Origin: Octopus sinensis | Taxonomy: Eukaryota | NCBI RefSeq assembly: GCF_006345805.1 | Contig: NC_043005.1 | Coordinates: 105,896,001 to 105,960,000 of the forward strand | DNA: 64,000 bases | Reading direction: 5' to 3' | Shown: piece after piece, positions 52,871 through 64,000 of the stretch | How positions within the stretch are numbered: the first letter of the stretch is position 1 | Layout: each line of letters starts with the position of its first letter | Position numbers and translations under genes: made by a program | The notes under the pieces: model-generated | Seen by the model: only the letters and a program-made list of their open reading frames with translations | Database searches by the model: none | Told to the model about the DNA's origin: nothing

Positions 52871-53094
52871 CCTTGTCATCACCTCAATGAAACTCAGCTG
52901 CTGAGGGTCATATTTCCCACGACTTCAGGGGCACAGATTCCCTTCACTGTTAGGGATCAGCAATGTGTGTGTGTGTGTGTGTGTGTGTGCATGCGTGTGT
53001 TTGTACCTCCTTGTTGCAAATCAATGTTGTTATCATACAAGTAGAGTGTCATTCACTTCCAATTTTCTGCAAAAGCATGAATGGACATATTAGC

Positions 53095-53220
53095 AATGGT
53101 GGTGGGGGTGGGGGTGAGGGGTGGCATCCAGCCATAAAAAAACAAATCTGCCTCAATAAGGTTTGTGTGACCCATGCAAGCATGGAAAATTTTATGTGAA
53201 AACAATGATGATGATGATGA
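53095..53220 (+). mobile_element. RTE-type 3' tail, decayed
   Basis: GGCATCCAGCCATAAAAA...ACCCATGCAAGCATGGAAAA then (GAT)n. Confidence 0.7.
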
Positions 53221-53670
53221 CACTGACAATAACAACAATGATGATGATGATAACAACGTTAATGATGATGATGATGAGGATGAGGATGACAACGACAGTG
53301 ATGATGATGATGATGATGACGATGATGACGATGTTGATGATGATAAAAATCATGATGATGATGATGATGAGGAGGAGGAGGGGGAGGAGGACGATGATGA
53401 TGATGATGACGACCATGATGGTGACAATGATGATGTTGATAATGACAACTATGATGACGTTGATGAGGACAATGATGATGACGATGATGATGATGATAAT
53501 GATGATGATGATGATGATAGCAATAATGATGATGATGATGATGATGATAGCAATAATGATGATGATGATGATGATGATAGCAATAATGATGATGATGATG
53601 ATGATGATAGCAATAATGATGATGATGATGATGATGATAGCAATAATGATGATGATGATGATGATGATGA
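53205..53670. repeat. (GAT)n-derived tract including five 30-bp units AGCAATAAT(GAT)7
   Basis: Exact 30-bp periodicity over 53519-53668. Confidence 0.95.
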
Positions 53671-54034
53671 CGTCTATGTAAGAAATCAATATTAATGGCA
53701 ATGGATGGGCGCAATTAGTCGCATGGGATTTCTTCGAGGAGTTTACATTTGGAATTGAGACTACACTAGGGTCATGTTTGCCTTTCGTCTGTCATGGATC
53801 GTCAAAATAAAGTACCAATAAAGTACTGAACTCAATATAATCCATTATTCCCCATTTTCAAATTTCAGGCCTTGAAACAATAATTATTCTAGAATTATCC
53901 GACCAGATTCATGAACAGTAATAACAACATGCAGTTTAGAGGATTTGAACTCAAAAATTTTGTGTCATCAAGAACATATCCATCAATTGGTTTGCCTCTT
54001 TTAGTGCTTGATATAATCCTAAACCTTCATACAG

Positions 54035-54103
54035 ATTGCTCCACAAGGAGAAATAATTTCCATTATTTGAAAAAGCTGAATGTCACAGAAAGGGAAGTGG
54101 ACC
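54035..54103 (+). CDS. Candidate 69-nt phase 1-1 exon
   Basis: Acceptor cctaaaccttcatacAG, donor ACC|GTGAGA; DCSTRRNNFHYLKKLNVTEREVD. Confidence 0.3.
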
Positions 54104-54200
54104 GTGAGAAATAAGAGAAATCAAACAAAAATATTTCCAAAATTAACTTGACAAATAACACAATAGGAATAATAACAATAAGAATAACAACAACATCAAT

Positions 54201-54253
<53 letters not shown>

Positions 54254-54526
54254 TAATAATAAAACCTATGATAAATGTATAAAAAAATAAATTAACAAAC
54301 ATAATTGTAATGAGGCGAGTTTTCATAAATGTTCATTTAATTATTGTAAGAATGAAATTGCAAGCATGAATGTCAATGTTTAAGCCCAGCGCACCAAACA
54401 CCTTCTCCATATATAGACACACACACACACAGATAAACACACAGAGATAAATACACACATACACACATGCCCACAGACACATGCGTACAAGAACTCGTAC
54501 TTTTGTATATACACATATATGTAGAG

Positions 54527-54558
<32 letters not shown>

Positions 54559-54563
54559 GTATG

Positions 54564-54595
<32 letters not shown>

Positions 54596-54653
54596 TATAT
54601 ACATATGTATATATATATATATATATATACATATACATATGTATATATATATG

Positions 54654-54705
<52 letters not shown>

Positions 54706-55557
54706 TATATGTATATATAAATATGTACACATATTTAGACATACACAAACACATATATAAAGGGATATATAGATATAGATAGACAGATAGGGACACATAT
54801 ATATTCATAAATACCTATGTATGTATATATATATATGTATATGTACATTCATATACTTATATATTTATACATACCTGTATGTGTGTGTGTATTTTTATAT
54901 ATATATATATACACACACACAAATATATATACATATATATATAAATAAATATACATAAATATATATATACATATATAGATATATATATAAATATATATAA
55001 ATATACATACACACACACGCATACGCACACACACACACATGCATACATATCCACAAATGTAACATACATATGCACACCCATCCAGAGGAAATGTCAATGT
55101 TCCCCCGTGCCACCCACGAATGCACTGCCATATCAACCACAACAACAACAACAACAACGATATTACATGCACACACACACACATACACATAAAATAGATA
55201 ATTAAATAATTAAGAAGACAAAAATATACAAAACATAAATAAAAGAAACAAAGTGGAAACTACAATTACTGAATTTAGTGATAAATGACAAAATGTCATG
55301 TTTAGGGATCAATGAGATTTGAAACTGGGGTTTGAGGATAATAAATAAATGAATTCAGATTCAAATTGGAAAGGATGGTGAAAGAGAGTAAGGGAAAAGC
55401 CTGTCTGTGTATGTCTGTATGCATGTGTGTATGTGTGCGTGTGTGAGTATGTGTGTGTTATAAACACACCCTCATATATACATACATACACACACATGTG
55501 TGTGTATGTATATCTATTTGTATGTATATATGTATAGTAATATATGTATAGGCAGAG

Positions 55558-55705
55558 GGGTACAGGCATAGCTATGGAATAAGAAATTTTCTTAGCAACC
55601 ACAAGGTTTTGGGATCCATCTCACTCTGTGGCATCTTGAACAAATGTCTTTTATAATCCCTGATCAATGTCTTAGGAGTGGAATTGGTAAAGGTAAACTG
55701 TGAGG
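55558..55705 (+). mobile_element. SINE family A 5' half, decayed
   Basis: CAACCACAAGG...TGGCATCTTGAACAAATGTCTT...GAGTGGAATTGGTA. Confidence 0.55.
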
Positions 55706-55709
55706 AAGC

Positions 55710-55823
55710 ACATTCAATACACACACGCATACATACATACATACATACACACATACACATACATACATACATACACATACATACATATATACACATACAT
55801 ACACACATACATACACACTCACA

Positions 55824-55854
<31 letters not shown>

Positions 55855-56120
55855 GCACATACATACATACATGCATACACACATACGCACATACATACAT
55901 ACATACATACACACACAAACATACATACAGACATACATACATACATACACACTCACATACATACACACATACATACATACATACATATGCACATACATAC
56001 ACACATACACACATATACACATACATACATGCATACATACATACATACATGCATACATACACACATACATACATACATACATACATACATACACACATAC
56101 ACACATACATACATAAACAA
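55710..56120. repeat. (TACA)n tetranucleotide tract
   Basis: Directly visible. Confidence 0.95.
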
Positions 56121-56381
56121 TGAATGAATGAACAATAAGAGATGGCACTCAACAAATTTGGCTTGGGTTATATATATTTTAGGAAATATTTTGGCCCCAT
56201 GCCACATGTCTTAAAATTCCATGGATGCTTAGGACACATCCAACTCATCAGATGATCAGACACAGAGTGGAGGATTTGAGAGAAATGCAAGAAGGCTTCT
56301 GAATGTTTAGACCTATATTAGTAAGCTCGGGTCACATGGAATTAATGCTGTCAAAATGACACTGTTTTCATTATTTTTTAG

Positions 56382-56582
56382 GTCTGCGTGTTCAGAGAGG
56401 ATGTTGGCAGGATGCTGGTACCATTTTGGTGACAGGTTGCTGCACAGTATGTTCACCATTGTACAGGACATGGTGAGGTGTGCTGTTGGCACGAGTCAGT
56501 ATCTTAGTCATCATTTAATGGAATATGAACACATTAGCAGCAGCAGTCTTTATATGGAAAAATCCAAATTTAATGACTTTAG
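56382..56582 (+). CDS. Candidate exon (strong acceptor; alternative donors after 56446, 56472 or 56582)
   Basis: Acceptor ctgttttcattattttttAG; donors ACA|GTATGT, ATG|GTGAGG, TAG|GTGAGA; non-repetitive sequence; no recognised homology. Confidence 0.3.
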
Positions 56583-56612
56583 GTGAGATTGCATGACCAA
56601 AATGGATGGAAT

Positions 56613-57018
56613 GTCATCATCATCATTGTTCAACCGTGGTCGAAACAATGGAATTTACCATGCTATGCCAGACTTCACGGTCCATCATGGCATTATAGAG
56701 GTCCTGTTGCTGGATGCCTGTATCCCTGGAGATTACATCAGGGTAGGAGAGCGTGCGCCCTCTGGTATCGCGAGCAGATGGCTTCCAGAGGAGAAGAGTA
56801 GAAATTACCTCTTTTTCAGCTCTACAACAATGTCCAGCAAACTGGACTCTCCTACCTTTCACAAGAGATGACACAGGTGGTAGTTTCCCATATATTTGCA
56901 TTTTGGTTGGATGGCACTTCCACGAGAGATATTGAGCTCTCATAAGGAGGCGAGCGTAGGTTCCATCCAACCGCCTCTCAAGCTTCTTTGATAACGTCCA
57001 GGTTTCTGAGCCATATAG
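56613..57018 (-). mobile_element. 5'-truncated RTE-clade (RTE-X-like) LINE 3' end
   Basis: LYGSETWTL, RLDGTYARLL, RRVQFAGHCCR, LLLWKP, MMDREVW; ORF stop runs straight into a (GAT)n tail. Confidence 0.9.
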
Positions 57019-57879
57019 TAGTCATTATCATCATCATCACCACCACCACTACTGTCACCACTACCAGCACCACAACCACCACGACCACCATCATCATCAT
57101 CATCATCATGGAATGTAGTCAACATGGGTGGCAAGGATTATATACCCTACCCTTGTGTATAGGCCTGCTAGGCCTAGAATGGTCTATCTGTGTTGCTAGT
57201 GGCCAAAGCCTTGAAGTACATAAACAAGGAGTACCTTTGGTGGCATCAATAGGATAGTTCATTCTTCCTGTTAACTGATACTGCAGGTTTGTGGAGTGTC
57301 TGTAGCCGTTGAGATGGAAATGATAATTGTGAGCTCCAGGTAAGGACGAATCCTGGCATTTCAGAGGTCATGGAGTTTCCAGATGAAGTAGGACAGAGAG
57401 ACTACTGCTTCTTTCTTCTGCCTGGCTGTCCTAATCATCCTGGTCCTTCTGATGTCTCCACTCTCTCTTCAAATCCCCCTCTTGGTCACCTGAGCAATCC
57501 TATATAACCTAGGTTATTGAGTACTCTCAACAATTGCTTGTTTCCCTCGTCCACTTTTAGCCTCACTGCTACCATTACTCCCCACCTCCCACCACTGCTC
57601 TTCCCCTCTCTCTATCTTTCTTTTTCTCTCTAATCCACATGCTTTTGCTCACTAACTACTTTTTACATTCCTCTGTGTATATGTTTGAGTACTCCTGCAC
57701 TGGCACCTCAACAGAAGACTGACAAATTGCACTGGTGAATGAGACGATCTCTCTAGTGCTGGCCCCACCAAAGTGTGTCCAGGTGTTAATGTAAAAGGCC
57801 AGGCAAACTCTGCAGAGAATGTGTCAGCTTCTAAGGTCGTTTTATTCAACCTCTCAAGTATTAATGTTGTGTAAAAAAA

Positions 57880-58035
57880 TACACATTCAGTACACTCTAT
57901 AAAGTGGTTGGCAGTAGGAAAGGGATCTAGGTCAGAAACCAAGCCGAATGACATGTACAAGCACCAGTTTCTGAGAGCAGCAGCTCCAGATAAAATAAAC
58001 TATTCAGGCCATAATGATGATCCAGCATGAGAAGT
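57880..58035 (+). mobile_element. RTE-type 3' tail, decayed
   Basis: AAAGTGGTTGGCAGTAGGAAAGGGATCTAG...CCAGCATGAGAAG...TGTTAAAATGATGATG. Confidence 0.6.
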
Positions 58036-58425
58036 AAATGTTAAAATGATGATGAGGAGGAGGACTGGTGGTGGGAGTGGTGGTCGTGATGGTGGTGGTG
58101 GTCGTGATGCTGATGACGATGGTGACAATGGCAATGATGATGATGATGAAGATGATGATGATGGTGATGCTAGTGGCGGTGGTGGTGGTGGTGCTGCTGC
58201 TGCTGGGAGTGGTGACGCTAGTGGTAGTGATAATGATGATGATAATGACAATGGTGATAATGATGATGACGATGGCTATGATGATGATGGTGGTGGTGGT
58301 GGTGGTTGTGGTGCTGGTAGTGGTGACGGTAGTGGTGGTGGTGATGATGATAATGACAATGGTGATGATGATGATGGCTATGATGAAGGTGATGGTGACG
58401 GTGGTGGCGGCAATATATTTAAGTC
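58030..58425. repeat. (GAT)/(GGT) compound tract
   Basis: Directly visible. Confidence 0.9.
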
Positions 58426-58709
58426 AACTAAGGGGCTATAAAAGTGTTGCTCATATTCTTGTCAAGGAGATCACTTTAAAGATGTGTTTTTTCAGAAACA
58501 ATCCTCAACACGGCTCCTAACACAAATACTTCTGACATGAAACAGGCAACAATGTACTCCGGCTTCTCTCTGACTTTTGATTTTTTTTTTTTTTACAATC
58601 TAATCTGTTGTACGGGTTAAGTTTAGCGACCACCTCCTCTGGTTTTGGAAATAACAAATTGTTTGAGGGGAAATTGTGACGAGTTTTGTTTGATTCTGTC
58701 TACAATGCT

Positions 58710-58711
58710 TG

Positions 58712-58757
<46 letters not shown>

Positions 58758-58822
58758 GGTAGTGGTGGTGGTGGTAATAATGATGATGATAATGATGATG
58801 ATGATGATGATGATGATGGGGA

Positions 58823-58858
<36 letters not shown>

Positions 58859-59315
58859 AGGTGGTGGTGGTAATGATGATGATGATGACGACGACGACAA
58901 TAATGATAATGATTTTGATGGTGATGATGACGTCGACGACGATGATGGTGGTGGTGGTGATGATGATGATGAAGATGATGATAACAGTGATGATGATGGT
59001 ATTGGTAGTGCATTGGCCTTGGTGGTGTCATGATGTTGTTACTGTTGCTGTTGGTGGTGGTGGTGATAACGGTGATCCTACTGGTGATGCTGTGGTGGTG
59101 GTGGTGTTAGTGTTCTTAGGGAGAGGTCATGGTGTTGCTTTTCTTGTGGTGATGGTGATGATGATGATAGTGGTGATGGCAATGGTGATGCTGACAGTGA
59201 TAGTATGGTGGTGATGATAGTGGCATCAGTGGTGGTGTAGTGATGTTGATGGTGTTAGTGGCATTGGTGGTGTTAGGTGTGTTGTTAGAGATGATAAGCG
59301 TGATGATGATGGTTT
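58710..59315. repeat. (GAT)/(GGT) compound tract
   Basis: Directly visible. Confidence 0.9.
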
Positions 59316-59405
59316 TTATTTATTTTGTTAGTTAATCATGATTGCTGTGCTTTCTACAGGATACAGGTAAAATCCATGTTGCCTTTGGATTATGCACAGA
59401 AATAG

Positions 59406-60128
59406 GCATAGGTGTGGCTGTGTGGTAAGTAGCTTGCTTACAAACCAAATAATTCCGGGTTCAGTCCCACTGCATGGCACCTTGGGCAAGTGTCTTCTGC
59501 TATAGCCTTGGGTCAATCAAAGACTTGTGAGTGAATTTGGTAGACAGAAACTGAAAGAAGCCCATTATATATATGTGTATATATCACTGTGATCACCATG
59601 ACCGACCAGGCTTTCAGATGTTGCTACACAACGCTGGTCACAATGCGCTTTGCATTGTTTTTTATCCTTCAAATGATGCCACTCCACTGGCTAAGTGAGC
59701 AGGCCAACAGAAGAAAGAGCGAGAGAAAGTTGCTGCGAAAGAGTACAGCAGGGATCGCCACCACACCCTGCCGGAGCCTCGTGGAGCTTTAGATGTTTTC
59801 GCTCCATAAACACTCACAACGCCCAATCTGGGAATCAAAACCACGAGTCCACTGCCCTAACCACTGGGCCATTGCACCTCCACATGTGTTTATATATATA
59901 TGTATGTGTGTGTATATGTTTGCGTCTGGGTTTGTCCCACCAACATTGCTTGATAACCGATGCTGGTGTGTTTATGTCCCCGTAACTTAACTGTTCAGCA
60001 AAAGAGACTGATAGAATAAGCACTAGGCTTACAAACAATAAGTCCTGGGGTCGATTAGCTCGACTAAACGGCAGTGCTCCAGCATGGCTACAGTCACATG
60101 ACTGAAACAAGTAAAAGAGTAAAAGAGA
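59406..60128 (+). mobile_element. SINE family A split by a family C insertion (5' half to ~59565, 3' half from ~59886)
   Basis: Both halves colinear with intact copies. Confidence 0.88.
59585..59883 (-). mobile_element. SINE family C variant nested in the SINE A linker
   Basis: Head GTGGAGGTGCAATGGCCCAGTGGTTAGGGCAGTGGACTC; body related to 31620-31923 (AAGCTCCACGAGGCTCCGGCAG). Confidence 0.85.
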
Positions 60129-60509
60129 GAGAAATGTGAATCTGTACCTCCCCCACCACCACCACCCCACAAACACATAGGCACACTGCTGCATTGTTTG
60201 ATGCAAGCACTGCACAGCGAGTGCACAACCAAGACTGCACAGAAACCGTACAAAGCAATCAGCATAATACATCGTCAAAAGCTTACGACATTAAGGGCAC
60301 AGTTGAAATCTTGAAGTCCTCAGAAAATCCCTGTCAAATATAATCCCCACCCACCTGACCACACTGCTTCTATATTTACATACATACATACATACACTCA
60401 CAAACACACACAAACACACACATACACACACATATATATTTGGTTAATGATTTGTTATCTAATATATATACATATATATATGTATGAATATTTATATGCT
60501 TATATGTGT

Positions 60510-60556
<47 letters not shown>

Positions 60557-60775
60557 ACAAAATAATATATAAACATATGTATATATGCATACATATATGG
60601 ACATACCTACATCTATATGTATATAAACATGCATTCGTTTGGTGTCCTGTACCCATATATGCATGTAGATATACATATAGATGTAGGTATGTACATATAT
60701 GTATGTATAAATGCATATGTTTATATATATATTATTTTGTTCTTATATGATCGAATACCACGCATCCATTTCCAA

Positions 60776-60858
<83 letters not shown>

Positions 60859-61126
60859 CATATGTGCCTATATTGTGTTTTCCATTAATCTTCCTTTCCC
60901 TTTCTTTTCCTCCACAGCCAATAATATAATTGACCGGATCTTTCTTTCTTCCTCTCCATCTTATATTCATTCAGCTTCTCTGTTTTACATGCGTTTCTTT
61001 ACTTTTTCTCAACATCTCCTTCTGTTTTATACTCCAGGTTTCTCCCTACATTTTGTATCCATTTCTTCCTCTGTCTCCTTCCATACACACACACACACAC
61101 ACAAACACACACACGCACATATATAC

Positions 61127-61158
<32 letters not shown>

Positions 61159-61226
61159 ATACATACATTTATACATATCATATATACATATATATATATA
61201 TACATATATACATACATATATATACA

Positions 61227-61302
<76 letters not shown>

Positions 61303-61384
61303 CACATACACATATATATGGGGGTGTATGTATATATATATATATATATATGCAAACATTCATAAATATATAGACACACTTATA

Positions 61385-61417
<33 letters not shown>

Positions 61418-62060
61418 GTGCATGTTAATATATATCTGTGTGCATGTGTGTCTCTGTGTGTGTATGCGTGTATGTTTATAAGCACCCAATCTCTCAATCC
61501 TTCCATTTATCTCCAAATAGATTTCTGAAACAAAAGACCTCTCTCTCTCCGTCTCCCTCCCTCTCTTTCCCCCTCTCTCTCTCTCACTCGCAAGCAATTC
61601 CACCTTGCTCCAATCTAACCCAAAGCCTCAAAATCATCTTTACCTGAATCCAACCCATCCATCGACCAACACCAGCTCCTAAGTCCCATTCTACGGATAT
61701 TTCTCTGACTCTACTCATCGCTTTTTGTTTGGTTATAATCCGATGTTTTTGATATCATTTCAGTAACTGGTCAATTATATTATTCCATTTTATCAGACCA
61801 TACTTGTTTTTCTCGATATGCCACACAGAAATATTCTATAGTTGGCATTGACCAATGATGAGAAAATTTAGCAGAGCTTGTCTGAAAAGCTTGTTGTTCG
61901 ATTGAAATTTTATGCCGGTGGTCAACCAATTTCATGCTGTTTACTCTCAGAGAAATGTTATACATACATACATTCATATATACATACATACATACATACA
62001 TACATACATACATACATTCATATATACGTGCATACATTCATATATACATACATACATACA

Positions 62061-62094
<34 letters not shown>

Positions 62095-62280
62095 CATGCA
62101 TACATATGTGAGGGTGTTTGTGTGTTTACACACACACAAACACACAGACACACACACACACACATATATATATATGTGTGTATATATATATACATAAATA
62201 TATATATGAGTGTATGAATATATGCACACATACAACATATGCATGCACACACAGATATATATATGTCTCTCTCTCTCTTT

Positions 62281-62346
<66 letters not shown>

Positions 62347-62380
62347 ATATATATGTGTATAATATATACATATATATATA

Positions 62381-62445
<65 letters not shown>

Positions 62446-62844
62446 GTATACATATATATGTACATACATGTGTGTGTGTGTGTAGTAATGCATATAAGTA
62501 CACACATACACAGACATACACCCACATATATAACTTGTCGGTAACAGTGACGATGGCGATGACACCGGCAGTGGTGGTAGTGGTGGTGGTGGTGGTGGTG
62601 GTGGTAGTGGTGGTGGTGGTGGTAGTGGTGTGAATAATTAGATAGATGATCCTCAAGAAAGGACACAGTAAACAATAGAATAATCTGCCTCCAGATATGT
62701 CAGCGTCCTTTAATAATGATCTCGTTTCAATTAAATAGACTCTATTTATTTGTCAGTCTCTCTCTATTGATCCAGCTAACCATCTTTTCATCTGTCTCTC
62801 AATATAACAGGGCCTCCACCTCTCAATCTCTCTCTTTCTGTCAT

Positions 62845-62876
<32 letters not shown>

Positions 62877-62949
62877 GCATCATACATACACACATAGATA
62901 CATATATTGTCGTATCAATATGTGTATCAACATAAATCTATCCATTTAG

Positions 62950-62971
62950 TTATTGATAAGCTTCTATCAAT

Positions 62972-63021
<50 letters not shown>

Positions 63022-63052
63022 GTCTATCTATTTATCTATTTGTCTATCTATC
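62950..63052. repeat. (TCTA)n tract
   Basis: Directly visible. Confidence 0.9.
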
Positions 63053-63191
63053 TAACAGGCTGTGCGTGTCTCTAATATATGCATGTATGTAAGTACATGT
63101 GTATATAATTCACTACCCTTATCCTCAGATCAATGTGTATGGATATTTACAAATATTTGGTTTACATATATATATACACATTTATATATAC

Positions 63192-63236
<45 letters not shown>

Positions 63237-63695
63237 GTATAAATATATATATGTGTGTGTGACTGTATATATGCATATGTGTGTGTGTGCATATATATAT
63301 ATTTATGTATATATATATATATACACACACATACATGCACACAAATATGCATATACACCTACTCATACACATATATAATATATTTGTGAAAATATACATA
63401 TTTATGTTGTCAATGATGAAAATGAGAATAGAAACTGCAAAACACCAAACTAAATAGATTTAAGTATTATGCTTGGCTCATCTTGTTTCTGAGCTCAGAT
63501 CATCTTGATGTTGATTATGTGTATTTATTTTTTGTTCTCTCTCTCTCTCCCACTCCCTCTCTCTCTGACATTAGTAGAACATGTACCAGTAATATGCAGC
63601 TGGCTTGAATTTTATAAATATAAATTCTCTGAAAAGTTTTCTCTTGATCCTAAGTTTAAATAAATCAATACATGTATACATTCTTACATCTAGAT

Positions 63696-63891
63696 ATTTG
63701 TGACCGACTTTTTTTTCCTCCATCTTCCCTTCCTTGGATCTTTCCTTTTCCTATGTTTCTGATGAAGAGGTTCACTTGAAGCGTTAAACCTTCCTCCTTT
63801 CCTTCTTTCGTGAGCGTCCAATAACACTATACTTGTTCCATGTCCTCGCATTGTTGTGATTTCTCTTTGTGTTCTCATGTTTGGATTAACC
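63696..63891 (+). mobile_element. Short Penelope-type 3'-end (pLTR) fragment
   Basis: Homologous to 19842-20010 (minus strand); ends GTTTGGATTAACC then (TA)n. Confidence 0.75.
63755..63789 (+). ncRNA. Minimal type I hammerhead-like motif
   Basis: GTTT-CTGATGA-A-GAG-gttca-CTT-GAAG-CGTT-AAAC; intact CUGAUGA core and 4-bp stem I, A15.1G change. Confidence 0.65.
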
Positions 63892-63954
63892 ATATATATA
63901 TATAGATAGATAGATATATATAGATATATATACATACATACATACATATATATA

Positions 63955-64000
63955 TCATCATCATCATCATCATTTAGCGTCCGCTTTCCATGCTAGCATG
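63955..64000 (-). mobile_element. RTE-type 3' tail, cut by the window end
   Basis: (CAT)n then TTTAGCGTCCGCTTTCCATGCTAGCATG. Confidence 0.85.

Noticed and set aside
56225-56262. Minus-strand CTGATGA followed by a GGATG/CATCC hairpin
   Set aside because: No GAAA and no stem III or cleavage triplet at the required positions
58046-59214. Asp/Gly-rich or His-rich 'biomineralisation' protein ORFs
   Set aside because: They begin in an RTE tail, lack splice or signal features and are explained by (GAT)/(GGT) expansion
1014-63947. Most ORFs in the six-frame track (poly-YI, HT, CV, D, G, H, M)
   Set aside because: They are translations of microsatellites, open in several frames and on both strands

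Overview
Repeat-saturated, AT-rich eukaryotic DNA. The SINE/RTE repertoire and the very high microsatellite load look like a coleoid cephalopod (Octopus-type) intron or intergenic region; this is inferred from repeat style, not from a database search. Almost all ORFs in the supplied track are artefacts of (TA)n, (CA)n, (TACA)n, (GAT)n and (GGT)n tracts. Supported content: three tRNA-derived SINE families (A, B, C, about 30 copies, several nested); RTE LINE 3' fragments and tails; three decayed Tc1/mariner elements with TIRs; one TIR-bounded MITE; one 5'-truncated Penelope-like element (RT + GIY-YIG) and two older Penelope-like fragments. The most notable signal is five hammerhead-ribozyme-like folds. 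One is a near-canonical type I hammerhead with a long stem II (26201-26273). Four are minimal type I motifs with a palindromic helix III, covarying stem I and an extra A after the core; they sit near Penelope-type 3' ends that abut (TA)n. No host gene could be identified; a few splice-signal-bounded short exons are listed at low confidence.
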